From Basidiobolus meristosporus CBS 931.73 (Eukaryota; Fungi; Basidiobolomycota): DNA of 64,000 bases. The stretch lies in assembly GCA_002104905.1 (NCBI GenBank), contig MCFE01000233.1, positions 57,076 through 121,075 on the forward strand, in the 5' to 3' direction. The position numbers were made by a program, and so were the translations under genes. The notes under the pieces are model-generated. The model saw nothing but the letters and a program-made list of their open reading frames with translations. It had not been told where the DNA came from and made no database searches. Of the stretch, positions 63,774 to 64,000 are shown in pieces (the stretch's first letter is position 1; every line of letters begins with the position of its first letter).

Positions 63774-64000
63774 TTAGGGTTAGGGTTAGGGTTAGGGTTA
63801 GGGTTAGGGTTAGGGTTAGGGTTAGGGTTAGGGTTAGGGTTAGGGTTAGGGTTAGGGTTAGGGTTAGGGTTAGGGTTAGGGTTAGGGTTAGGGTTAGGGT
63901 TAGGGTTAGGGTTAGGGTTAGGGTTAGGGTTAGGGTTAGGGTTAGGGTTAGGGTTAGGGTTAGGGTTAGGGTTAGGGTTAGGGTTAGGGTTAGGGTTAGG
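63774..64000 (+). repeat. Telomere, (TTAGGG)n
   Basis: Perfect TTAGGG array running to the end of the window, G-rich strand on +. Confidence 0.99.

Overview
This is the last 64 kb of a chromosome's right arm in an intron-rich fungus, ending in (TTAGGG)n at 63774-64000. An early-diverging lineage (Mucoromycota/Zoopagomycota) is inferred from the co-occurrence of GDP-fucose synthase, myosin-motor chitin synthase, GH46 chitosanase and a DM9 protein. The proximal ~51 kb carries spliced genes: a divergent RPB2, METTL5, class V chitin synthase, RPL19, GDP-L-fucose synthase, mitochondrial RSM19, TRS120, RPS18, a bZIP factor, an unusual P5 ATPase, a small basic protein, GH46, FKBP12, a DM9 protein and a DHHC palmitoyltransferase. 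An island of stacked Ty1/copia solo LTRs interrupts it at ~23.5-27.2 kb. The distal ~11 kb is a layered subtelomere: inverted copia LTRs, a decayed copia pol cut inside integrase, and a gypsy-like gag whose stop codon lies in a TTAGGG unit. A head-to-tail array of 5'-truncated APE-type non-LTR retrotransposons follows. All of these point away from the telomere, end in a shared 3' signature (AATAAA + TCACC-loop-GGTGA hairpin + CCCTAA-like tail), and the last copy is capped directly by telomeric repeats. This telomere-attached LINE system is the best candidate for an undescribed system; the divergent RPB2 and the signal-peptide-bearing P5 ATPase come next. Exon boundaries were read by eye, and no database searches were run.
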